This document shows, in pieces, positions 24,302 through 32,620 of a stretch of DNA of 64,000 bases. Within the stretch, counting starts at the first letter, position 1. Each line of letters starts with the position of its first letter. Both the position numbers and the translations under genes were made by a program. The notes beneath the pieces were generated by a model, which did no database searches, was not told where the DNA came from, and saw only the letters and a list, made by a program, of their open reading frames with translations. The stretch is from Planctomycetota bacterium (GTDB lineage: Bacteria; Planctomycetota; UBA1135; GCA-002686595): contig JAPKBO010000001.1 in NCBI GenBank assembly GCA_028823395.1, positions 4,920 to 68,919 on the forward strand, read 5' to 3'.

Positions 24302-25999
24302 CTAGTATTCCCCCCCTTCATCATCACCCGCGCCGTCATCCGCGTCGGGCGGCGGCGCACCGAACAGGCAAAGGTCCAATGAAAACTGGTCCCGATCGAT
24401 GGACTCCTTCATGCGCCCCCCACTCGATCCGTCCCCCACCAGGGCTTCGCGCAGGGTGCGCGTCATCTCCTGGAACTGGCGACTGGGAGAGTCGGTACCG
24501 GGCCGTATCATCCCGCGCACCATGAGCATCGGGCGCTCGGCGTTGCGCTCGACTCCCAGTTCGGGGTCGAAGGTCCACTCGCTGCTCAGCTCGGAGACCC
24601 AGAAATCGCCGGGAAGGGATTTGTCGAGCTTGCTCATCGCACGCGCGCCCTGCTCGCCCAAACCCGCCACCCACTGGAGCTCCGAGGCGAGCACACGCAG
24701 GGATCCATTTTCCTCGATCAGCTGCTCGGCCTCGCGATGGATTCGGGTGTCCCTAGAGAGGCGGGACTGTAGCCCTGCGTTCTCGCTATTGACCTTGTCG
24801 AGTTCATCGGCGAGGTGCACCGTCTTGAAGCCCAGGTAGCACACAGCCAGGAGGGCGGCGGCAATAAGCCAGACCGTCTCTCCCCAAAAAGCTCGCTTCT
24901 TGGCGAGGCTCGCCGGCAAGACCTCCAGACTGTAAGCCTCGGAGTCGGAGCCCATGGTGGCCAAGCCAAGCGCCACCACCGCCTGCAACTTGAACTCTTC
25001 AAGCAGATCCGCACTGGCTGCGTCCAGCTTCTCAGTCTCCACCATGCGGAAAGCATCGAAGAGTTCCACCGTCACACCCATACCGCCCGAGATGTACTGG
25101 GGCAAGCCGTCAAGAGCTGCGCCGCCACCGCAGAGCATCACGCGATCCACTTTCAGGCCGCTGATCTTGACCTGACTTTTGCAGAACAGGATGGCCGACT
25201 GAAGGAGAGAGAGAATCTGGCCCGCGGCGCCCATGATGCTGCGGCTGGCCTTCTCGTGGTTGGGAGTCGGGTGCGAGGCACCGGGACGCAAGCTGGCATA
25301 TTTCCGCTTGAGCATCTCAGCCTGCGCCGGGCCCACGTTGAAGCGCTGCGCCAGGGCCTGGTCGAAAAGTCGACTGCCCCCGGAGAGATTGCGCGCAAAC
25401 AGAAGATCCGGTCCCCGGGCAATAACCACGTCGATGTTGTCGTGCCCGATGTTGGCCAGGAGAACGGTCTCGTCTTCCACCACGCCGTAGTGCGTCCAGG
25501 CGTTGTGCAACGCGATCGCGCTGGGGCTGAAGCTATCCAGGTTCCCGCCCGTCAGCTCTAAGCCCTCGAGGTGGTCGTCCAAGAGGCCTTCACGTGCCAT
25601 GGCCAGCAGGACCACGTCCTCCCCCTCGACCTCCGGGAGTTCGGGCAAGAGGTTGAAGTCACTCGCCACATCGGTACCGGATTGATCGCCAATCTCGGAC
25701 ACCTCGAACCGCATCAGGTTGCGCAGCTGCCAGTCGGGCACCCGCGGCACGCGGGTATAGCGCACGTTGACATCGCGGCCCGTCAGGCCCACTCGCGCCG
25801 CCACGGGCTTAAAGCCCTGGGCCAGTTCCTCCCACCCGCTCAGCAGCCAGCCGGTGTCCGCTTCACTCGCGCTTGAGCCAAGGGAAGGGTTGGCACGAGC
25901 ATGGAAGTTCGTGACGTGAAAGGTATTTCCCTTGTACTGTCCGCACAGTGCAATGGCCGAACCAGCACCGACGTCAATGCCTGTTGAGGTGCGCGCCAT
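24302..25999 (-). CDS. PilM-PilN fusion (GspL-like): actin-like ATPase-fold domain, TM, and periplasmic coiled coil
   Basis: N-terminus TGIDVGAGSAIAL...LLANIGHDNIDVVIA...VMLCGGGAALDGL is PilM-type actin fold. This is followed by TM VWLIAAALLAVCYLGF, a coiled coil (LDKVNSENAGLQSRLSRD) and a PilN-like tail. Confidence 0.8.
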   Translation of the reverse strand: MARTSTGIDVGAGSAIALCGQYKGNTFHVTNFHARANPSLGSSASEADTGWLLSGWEELAQGFKPVAARVGLTGRDVNVRYTRVPRVPDWQLRNLMRFEVSEIGDQSGTDVASDFNLLPELPEVEGEDVVLLAMAREGLLDDHLEGLELTGGNLDSFSPSAIALHNAWTHYGVVEDETVLLANIGHDNIDVVIARGPDLLFARNLSGGSRLFDQALAQRFNVGPAQAEMLKRKYASLRPGASHPTPNHEKASRSIMGAAGQILSLLQSAILFCKSQVKISGLKVDRVMLCGGGAALDGLPQYISGGMGVTVELFDAFRMVETEKLDAASADLLEEFKLQAVVALGLATMGSDSEAYSLEVLPASLAKKRAFWGETVWLIAAALLAVCYLGFKTVHLADELDKVNSENAGLQSRLSRDTRIHREAEQLIEENGSLRVLASELQWVAGLGEQGARAMSKLDKSLPGDFWVSELSSEWTFDPELGVERNAERPMLMVRGMIRPGTDSPSRQFQEMTRTLREALVGDGSSGGRMKESIDRDQFSLDLCLFGAPPPDADDGAGDDEGGEY

Positions 26000-28116
26000 T
26001 ACTTATTGTCTCCGCTGCCTGGGGTCACGTGATACTCCTCCTGGAGATAGGTGCGCATGCGCGCCACCAACCCCTGGGCCTCACGACTCTCGAGAGTCTG
26101 AAGAATGGACTGCAAACGCCGCACCTCCCGCCGGTCCAGGTCGGTCTCAAGCGCCGCTAGATCCGCGTCCACCCGCGAAACTATGGCCTGCGCCCCACTC
26201 TCGACCTCCGAGCCTGCGTAACGGCCGGCGATGTCACTCGCATGATCGCGGCACTCCCGATACAGGCCGGCCAGACGGAAGAATTTCGCACGCTCGATCT
26301 GGCTCTCCAAGGCGCGTGTCTCCTCGAACCCGGTGCGCACGAGATTGGCGCGCTGAGACTCAGCGCGCTGTACCAAGTGGTCTTCGAAGGGGTACGTGTC
26401 GAGGAGCTGCTGCCAAAGGACAAGACACTCGCCCAGACGGCCCGCACGCTCCGCACCTTCCGCATCCGCAGCCAGGTTGATAGCAGCCGTGCGCTCCTCT
26501 TGGAAGCGCACCTGGATCAGGGGTCTGGCGCCGCCGGGCAACTCAACGGTCACCTGGAATGCTCCTCCCTTCCTGAGGCCGCGCACGTTACAGGGCTCGC
26601 CCAGAGCAACGCGCAGTAAGTTGACGCCCTTGCCGATCACGAGGTCTGTCACGCCTGCGGTCTGAAAGTCCTCCTGCTGCAGGGAGTAACCGCCCTCCCC
26701 CATGGTCGCCAGACCACCGTCCAATGAACTCGGCTCGGCAGTCCAGACAAGGAGCAAACCCGAATCACCGCCCGGATCAAGCCGCACTCCATTCGCCTCT
26801 TCCGTGAGTTGCAGGTCGAGGGCGGCACGCGCCGTGGCGCCTGCAGAACGAAGGTGCATCCCCGAAAGCAGGGTCGCATCCACCTTGAACAGGTTAAGGA
26901 GGCGTCCCGCTTCGAAGAAACGATACTCGTCAAGCACCGCCCGGGGTGCGCCGCCGGCACTCACTACGACGCTGACATCATCGACTGAGGCGCGCCCCGC
27001 GCTGTCCGACGCCTCATCTGCCTCACCGCTCCCGCTAGCCGCGGCAGCCAGCAAGAGCCGTGCCCGGTCGTAGCCCTGGGGCACGGTCAATGAGAAGGTC
27101 CTTTCGGCGAATGCGGTGCTCTCGGAGATTGCATCGCCGAAGCTCGCACAAGGGGTGGGATCTTGAACTTGCGTGCCGCGGGCCAATTCGATGCCCAAGC
27201 GGAGCTGCGCGGATCCAGACACGCGCACCTGGGCAGTGGCCATGAGCTGCTGACTATGGCGCACATCGACCCACGGGGAAGCGTGTACCGCACTCTCCCC
27301 CGCAACCAGAGAAACGGACAAGCCGAACTCGCCCGAATAAGCGGCGCGAGCGGAACGACCGAAAGCCGCTTCGCCCTCGTCTAGAGCTTCCCAATCACTA
27401 GAACCCTCGAACGAGGAACCGTCTTCCAACAGGTTGCCCACGACGGTGGGTACGGGCCGGCCGCCAGAGCTCTCCTCGCCATCGCGACTCATGACCCACC
27501 AGACGCCAACCGATCCAGCGGCGAGGACGACGAGGACCAGAGCTCCGAGGGGGGATTTCTTTTTTGATCGGGCCAGGTTCTCGGCGCTGATCGTGTGCTG
27601 TTCGCTTTCAGCCGGCGCGAGAGGAGGCGTAGCCACGGACGGCGACATCGGCGTGGGAACCGGCGTGGGAACCGGCTTAGCCCGAACCGGAGGAGCCTTA
27701 GCCGGAACGCTTCCGGGCATGGGCGGTGCGGGTTCCTCGAGAGTCAGCTCTTCCGAAGCACCCGAGTCCCCCTCAAGTACGATGTCGTCCATTCCTCCGG
27801 AACCATGGGACTGCTCCACATCAGCTCGCGAGAGGGTGCAGTGAATCGCACCGAAGGTCACCCGCTGACCGACATCGAGACGGGCCTCCAAGATCTTGGC
27901 GCTGCCGATGCGCGTGCCGTTCGTGCTCCCAAGGTCGCGCACGCTAACGCCTTGATCGTCCACGCTCAGGCGCGCGTGTGCGCCCGACACGGACGCGTCG
28001 GCCAACTGTAGGGTGGAATCCGGCTTGCGGCCTACAGTGAATCCCTCCCCTTCAATGGGGAATGACTGACCCTCTAGGGCGCCGTTTTCGACGCGCAGGG
28101 AATACCGGTGGAGCAT
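25999..28116 (-). CDS. FHA-domain transmembrane protein with a large periplasmic domain; first gene of the pseudopilus operon
   Basis: FHA domain at 27832-28116: FTVGRKPDSTLQLADASVSGAHARLSVDDQGVSVRDLGSTNGTRI. Pro-rich linker and TM (LGALVLVVLAAGSVGVWWVM). Periplasmic NLLEDGSSFEGSSDWEAL resembles a CBM4_9-type beta-sandwich. Start trimmed to MLHRYSL (28116). Its stop overlaps the PilM ATG by 1 nt. Confidence 0.8.
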   Translation of the reverse strand: MLHRYSLRVENGALEGQSFPIEGEGFTVGRKPDSTLQLADASVSGAHARLSVDDQGVSVRDLGSTNGTRIGSAKILEARLDVGQRVTFGAIHCTLSRADVEQSHGSGGMDDIVLEGDSGASEELTLEEPAPPMPGSVPAKAPPVRAKPVPTPVPTPMSPSVATPPLAPAESEQHTISAENLARSKKKSPLGALVLVVLAAGSVGVWWVMSRDGEESSGGRPVPTVVGNLLEDGSSFEGSSDWEALDEGEAAFGRSARAAYSGEFGLSVSLVAGESAVHASPWVDVRHSQQLMATAQVRVSGSAQLRLGIELARGTQVQDPTPCASFGDAISESTAFAERTFSLTVPQGYDRARLLLAAAASGSGEADEASDSAGRASVDDVSVVVSAGGAPRAVLDEYRFFEAGRLLNLFKVDATLLSGMHLRSAGATARAALDLQLTEEANGVRLDPGGDSGLLLVWTAEPSSLDGGLATMGEGGYSLQQEDFQTAGVTDLVIGKGVNLLRVALGEPCNVRGLRKGGAFQVTVELPGGARPLIQVRFQEERTAAINLAADAEGAERAGRLGECLVLWQQLLDTYPFEDHLVQRAESQRANLVRTGFEETRALESQIERAKFFRLAGLYRECRDHASDIAGRYAGSEVESGAQAIVSRVDADLAALETDLDRREVRRLQSILQTLESREAQGLVARMRTYLQEEYHVTPGSGDNK

Positions 28117-28377
28117 GGACAGCGGAGGTGGAACGGATCGACTCCCACCGCCAGGCACCCTGGGGGGGGTACTGACCGTGGAGAGCTGGGGAGATTGTGA
28201 GGCGGGATCGGGCGCGTGGCCTATCCCCACCAGAGGACCATGTAACCTCCCCGTGCGCACGGAAAGGGCAATGGGAAGACATCGGCGGGGGCGCGAGGGT
28301 AGCGCAGAGACATGGCGCCGCAAAGGGACCTTTCATCCCTGTCATCTCTGGCTCCCTCACTCTGGCCCCTGAGCCTC

Positions 28378-28986
28378 TCAGAAGTCCATGGATTCCCGCA
28401 ATGAGACCCAGCACCCGTGCCCCAGCACGACGTGATCCAGCAGGGGTACACCCACCAAGCGGCCCACTTCCAGGAGCCTTCGGGTCACGGCACGGTCCTC
28501 TGAACTTGGCTCTGGATCCCCTGAGGGGTGGTTATGGGCCACGATTAGGGCTGCGGCGCCGAGCCGGAGGGCGGGCGCGAACACCTCCCGGGGATGGACT
28601 AGGGAGGAGGTCAGGGTGCCCAGGCTGACAATCTGTCGCCCCTTCAGGCGATGCCTAGGATCCAAGAAAAGTGCGTGAAAACTCTCCTGTTGCTCCCCGC
28701 GCACCTCGGGCGCCAGGAGGCGGTAGACAGCCTCCGGCCTGGCGAGGGAAGGAGAAGGGTCTGGACGCTCCCGCTCGACCCAGCGCCCCAGGGCAAAAGC
28801 CGCTTCCAGGCGTCCGGCCTGGCCAGGGGTCAAAGCGTGCCCTTGGGTGAGCTCCTCCCCGGAAAGCCGCGACAGCCTGTGGAGGCCGTAGGTGGCGAGC
28901 AACTCACCAGCCGGATCCCCCTCTATAGCCCTCTCTCCAAGGAGCCTAGCGAGAAGCGTCTCGGGCGTCGGATCGGGGGAGACCAT
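28378..28986 (-). CDS. radC: RadC-family JAMM/MPN+ protein
   Basis: ESFHALFLDPRHRLKG...LVHPREVF...AAALIVAHNHPSGDPEPSSED...LLDHVVLG, the canonical RadC motif set. Start trimmed to MVSPDP. Confidence 0.85.
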   Translation of the reverse strand: MVSPDPTPETLLARLLGERAIEGDPAGELLATYGLHRLSRLSGEELTQGHALTPGQAGRLEAAFALGRWVERERPDPSPSLARPEAVYRLLAPEVRGEQQESFHALFLDPRHRLKGRQIVSLGTLTSSLVHPREVFAPALRLGAAALIVAHNHPSGDPEPSSEDRAVTRRLLEVGRLVGVPLLDHVVLGHGCWVSLRESMDF

Positions 28987-29162
28987 CACATCTCGACAGA
29001 CGCTTCCGCGCCTCAACGGTGTCCCAATGCACACAATTCCCGGAAATGGGAAGGCCCGCATTTTGCTCTCGGATTTTGGGAATTAAACAGGCTCCCCGGC
29101 CGAAGGAAATATGTGCGGGCATTCCTGCTCGTAACGAAGCTGAGGAGGAAACGTGAGCGTTC

Positions 29163-29300
29163 TTGCGACAACCCTAGGCGCGGCCCTCTTGGGGGCCTGG
29201 TTGGTGGAGTCTGTGATCTTCGCCTACTACTGGCGCGGCTTGAAGCGAAGTAAGAATGCACGACCCTGTTGGCCCATCTCTTTGGGATAGGCCAACGGAT
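29163..29300 (+). CDS. candidate 45-aa small hydrophobic protein
   Basis: Strong SD GAGGAGG sits 5 nt before the GTG. Product VSVLATTLGAALLGAWLVESVIFAYYWRGLKRSKNARPCWPISLG has one TM helix plus a basic tail. An intrinsic terminator follows 40 nt downstream. Not in the ORF track because it is under 60 aa. Confidence 0.3.
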
Positions 29301-29340
29301 CGAAGGGGAGCCTCCCCCACATTGGACGGGAGAGGCTGAC

Positions 29341-29386
29341 GAGCGGCCGCGCTTAGAGCACATGCTCAAGGCGGCTGCTCTTTTTT
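29341..29386 (+). terminator. rho-independent terminator (10-bp GC stem with one mismatch, 20-nt loop, T6 tail)
   Basis: GAGCGGCCGC-(20 nt)-GCGGCTGCTC-TTTTTT, read directly. The T-run is on the + strand only. Confidence 0.45.
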
Positions 29387-29424
29387 GTCCTGACCCCCGG
29401 ACGGAACTCAGCGGCCTAAAGCCC

Positions 29425-30609
29425 TCAGCGGAGTGGAAACACGTCTTCGAGTAGGGAATCGAGTTCCAAGCCCACGCGCGACTTGAAGACAGCCCGTGGA
29501 GCTAGCTCCTTCAGACCACCCTCGATCATCTCCTGTAGTAGATGAGCTCCGAAGTGGCTCTCGATGTGGGCAACCAGCAGAAGCGACTGCGCATAGGCAC
29601 GCTCGATGGCCTTCGGATCGTCCCACTTGGCAAGCGAGCCTCGCAATTGATCGAGAGGGAAAGGCCGCTCCGTACCCATCGCCTTCTGCGCGCGCTCCAG
29701 GTCGACGGCCGCCGGGCCCCGACGGCCTCGCTCAAGCCATTGGGCTAGCCCCTCATTGAGCCAACCGGGAATCGAGTCCCCACCAACCACATGCACGAAA
29801 GCGTGCAGCAATTCGTGGCGCAAGACGCTGACCACGCGGACTAATTCACGGGAGAGGTCTGCCACGGGAACGCGAATCGCGCCGTCATACACGCCCCCGG
29901 CCCAAGCCCCCACCTGCGTCACGGCACTGAAGCCTTCCTGTGTATAGATCACCACGCGGATGGGCTGACCGCGATCGGCAGGCCGCCGACCAAACCACTC
30001 GCCGTATTCCAAGTAGGCGTCTTCCAAGGCCACCACCAAGGTCTGCACGTCCGCGCGTACTTCCGTGCGATTCAGATCGAAGGCCACCTCGAAATGCAAA
30101 GTGTGCCGGGTGAAGAACCCCTCCTCGGCTTCTTCACTGCGACGATAGCGGCCCAGGAGATCCGAGAGGTCAAGGCGCTCGGGGTGCAAGCCTACGGCCT
30201 GCTCCAAGAGATCAATCGAGCGCGTACGATCCCAGGCATCTCCAGCCTGCAGCGACATCGCCCAGCGCGCGTAGGTCTCCGCCAAGTTACGAGCGTAGAC
30301 CACCTCATCCGGACGTCCGGCCAGACAAGCAGAAAAGTGCTCGGCAGCTTCTTCGAAAGCGTCCTTGTCCAGAGCCTCAATGCCCGCCTTGTTACGCGCC
30401 ACCCAGGCGGGAGCCGAAAGCGAAGGAAGGTTGGCTTCCCCCACAGGCGCGGGTTCAGGAGTGAAGAGCGCCCCTTGGTCCGTGGGACCGTCAGGCATCT
30501 GTGGACCTGCGGGGCCCGAAGGGGCGCGGAAGCTCTCCAGGAACTGACGCCCCACCAGCAGCACGACCAGCGCGACGAGAGCGGCCGCCAGGGTGAACCG
30601 AAACCTCAT
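29425..30609 (-). CDS. membrane-anchored gluzincin-like (HExxH...E) metallopeptidase-like protein with a TPR-like N-domain
   Basis: N-terminal TM MRFRFTLAAALVALVVLLV. LRHELLHAFVHVVGGDSIPGWLNEGLAQWLE gives HExxH plus a downstream Glu. Family assignment is tentative. Confidence 0.55.
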   Translation of the reverse strand: MRFRFTLAAALVALVVLLVGRQFLESFRAPSGPAGPQMPDGPTDQGALFTPEPAPVGEANLPSLSAPAWVARNKAGIEALDKDAFEEAAEHFSACLAGRPDEVVYARNLAETYARWAMSLQAGDAWDRTRSIDLLEQAVGLHPERLDLSDLLGRYRRSEEAEEGFFTRHTLHFEVAFDLNRTEVRADVQTLVVALEDAYLEYGEWFGRRPADRGQPIRVVIYTQEGFSAVTQVGAWAGGVYDGAIRVPVADLSRELVRVVSVLRHELLHAFVHVVGGDSIPGWLNEGLAQWLERGRRGPAAVDLERAQKAMGTERPFPLDQLRGSLAKWDDPKAIERAYAQSLLLVAHIESHFGAHLLQEMIEGGLKELAPRAVFKSRVGLELDSLLEDVFPLR

Positions 30610-31466
30610 GAGGTTCCGCCACCTCGCCCGATTCCCCGGGCCCTGGCCATAGCTGGAAAGAGGCCGTAGCTCGCCGGGTACCCCAAGCTGGATTCCAACG
30701 CTCGCACGCGGGTCAGGTAGGACTCGTGCAGGGACTCCAATTCATCACGCTTAGAGTCATCACAGAAGTAGCTGCGACAACCCAGCGGGCGACCTTCCCG
30801 GGCCTGACAACGACCGGCCACGTGATAGGGGCAGCGGCCTTCAGCCTCCGGCGCGGGAGCCTCCGGGTGGCGGTCCGCCGTGAAGTCAGCTTCCAAGCCC
30901 GTGGCGTAGAGATCGTGGTCCGCCTCTTCAAAGCGGCAGCACAAGCCGCTCATCTCGCACCGGGGAGAGAGCTCGTTCAGCTCGACTTCCAGTTCCGCGT
31001 AGAGGGCTTCAAGCTCGGCGAAGGCGCGCTCACGCAAGTCCTCAGGAACGATCACTGCGATTCCCGGGCACACCGCACGCGCATTCTCGAAAGCACTCGG
31101 GTCGCCGAGCACGCTTGGCCAGTAGGGGAACGTCCGGCAGTGGACCGGGCGCTGCTCGTAGACGGTGCAATCGCGCGTGCCCTCCAATAAAACGCAGCGC
31201 CCCTGTTCTTCCCGCAAAGCCGTGCGCAATTGCCCGCTCTTGGGATCGGGTACCTGGCGCACATGGCGAGCGATAAAGGCCGCGGGTTTCATATCCAAGA
31301 TCGCGGCGAGGGTCTCTATTTCCCCTTCTTCAAGCCACACGTGCCCCTCACCAAAAGTGCAGCAGCGACCGGATCGCTGGCAGCTAAAGCTAAAGGGTAC
31401 GACACCCTCGAGGCCAGGATCTGGAGCACCTTGCTCACTGGTTGGATCTGCTTGCGGCTTGTCCAT
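30606..31466 (-). CDS. tandem YkgJ-family (CxxCxxCC) zinc/iron-chelating Cys-cluster protein
   Basis: Two copies of the motif: FSCQRSGRCCTF...C..YWP and CEMSGLCCRFEE...CPYHVAGRCQ...C. ATGA-type 4-nt overlap with the downstream gene. Confidence 0.65.
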   Translation of the reverse strand: MDKPQADPTSEQGAPDPGLEGVVPFSFSCQRSGRCCTFGEGHVWLEEGEIETLAAILDMKPAAFIARHVRQVPDPKSGQLRTALREEQGRCVLLEGTRDCTVYEQRPVHCRTFPYWPSVLGDPSAFENARAVCPGIAVIVPEDLRERAFAELEALYAELEVELNELSPRCEMSGLCCRFEEADHDLYATGLEADFTADRHPEAPAPEAEGRCPYHVAGRCQAREGRPLGCRSYFCDDSKRDELESLHESYLTRVRALESSLGYPASYGLFPAMARARGIGRGGGTS

Positions 31467-31472
31467 TTAGGC

Positions 31473-32549
31473 CTAGCGCCCCGGGGGCCGGCGGCGGCGA
31501 ATCCCGCTGCGGGTTTTGCTCTTGCTGGAATCGGACGCAGTGAAATCGAGATCCTGAAAGCCCTTGAGTTGGCCGCGTACCTCGCTGAGAAACTCCTCCC
31601 AGGACTGAAAGCGCACCGCCGCATCCTTGGCCATCATCTTCTCGATGATGAAGTGCAGGTGTGGAGAGAAGGCCTTGCTCTTGAGCTCGGGACTCTTGAG
31701 GTTGTTCATCACGGCCATGCGCAGGGTGTCCTCGTCGCCGTCGCCCTCAAAGGGCAGGCGACCCACCACCAACTGAAAGAGCGTCACTCCCAAACTATAG
31801 ATGTCACTGCGGATGTCGGCGCAGCCACCTCCCTCAGCTTGGTTGGGATCCAAGTAGGCCACCGTACCGACGGCCGAGTCCTCCGGATTACGATCGTCAG
31901 AGCGAGCGCAAAAGCCCAGATCGATGAGCTTCACCTCACCTCCCGCCGCGAGCATGATGTTCCCCGGCTTGACGTCCCGATGCACGAGGTCCTCGGAAGC
32001 CATGTACTCCAAGACCTCCGCCACGGCGAGGATGATCTTGAGGGCCGGCGCCTCTGAAAAGGCGGTGCCTTCATCGAGGATCTCGAGCAAGGTGTTGCCT
32101 TCGACGAGCTCCTGCCGACAGAGATAGGTCTCGCCGCTGCGATTGACGCCGTAGCCGCGGACCAGCCCGGGGTGGTCCAGCTTCTCCAGTAGCCGCGCCT
32201 CGCGCACGAAAGCCGCAAGCTGGACCTTGTCCTCGGTGCAGCGCCGATTGAGCACCTTCATCGCGAGCACCCGGCCGCCCTTGCGCTCCTGGACTCGAAA
32301 CACGTCTGCGGTTCCGCCCGACCCAAGAAGGCCCAAGACCTCCATTCCTGGAATCTCCGGCTGCTCTCCGGCACGCGTTCGCCGCAGCATCTGGATCTGC
32401 TCGGCATCCCAACCCAGATGGGCTTCCAGCAAATCGTCGAGGGCCTCACCCTCCTTCAGGGGCCCAAGCAGAGGTTCAGCCGTCGCGCGGGCGAGATACC
32501 CCCGGTGAACGAGAAGGGCCAGGAAGCGGGCGTCGTGTTGGGGGCTCAT
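31473..32549 (-). CDS. soluble Hanks-type Ser/Thr protein kinase
   Basis: GSGGTADVF (G-loop), AMKVL (VAIK Lys), HRDVKPGNIML (catalytic loop), DLGF (DFG-like) and GTVAYLDPNQ (APE-like). No TM segment. Confidence 0.9.
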   Translation of the reverse strand: MSPQHDARFLALLVHRGYLARATAEPLLGPLKEGEALDDLLEAHLGWDAEQIQMLRRTRAGEQPEIPGMEVLGLLGSGGTADVFRVQERKGGRVLAMKVLNRRCTEDKVQLAAFVREARLLEKLDHPGLVRGYGVNRSGETYLCRQELVEGNTLLEILDEGTAFSEAPALKIILAVAEVLEYMASEDLVHRDVKPGNIMLAAGGEVKLIDLGFCARSDDRNPEDSAVGTVAYLDPNQAEGGGCADIRSDIYSLGVTLFQLVVGRLPFEGDGDEDTLRMAVMNNLKSPELKSKAFSPHLHFIIEKMMAKDAAVRFQSWEEFLSEVRGQLKGFQDLDFTASDSSKSKTRSGIRRRRPPGR

Positions 32550-32620
32550 GCGCAGCGGGGGTCGTCCAAGGACAGGGAAGCAAGAGTGTAGCGCTCTCCT
32601 TGCATGCTACCGTAGCCAGC

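Noticed and set aside
9699-28116. Calling the cluster a complete type II secretion system or type IV pilus
   Set aside because: Core components are absent from the window: GspE/PilB ATPase, GspF/PilC platform, GspD/PilQ secretin and prepilin peptidase. Only pseudopilins and an L/M-like (PilMNO-like) module are supported, so it is reported as an incomplete, atypical TFF module.
28651-29369. ORFs 28651..29253(+), 200 aa, and 29013..29369(-), 118 aa, in and around the radC upstream region
   Set aside because: No motifs and Arg/Pro-rich composition. The first is mostly antisense to radC. I preferred the SD-preceded 45-codon ORF plus terminator, itself only low confidence.
28378-29424. RadC plus an ORF-poor gap as a sign of a prophage, island or mobile element
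   Set aside because: There is no integrase, transposase, tRNA target, flanking direct repeats or obvious GC shift. RadC is a common chromosomal gene.
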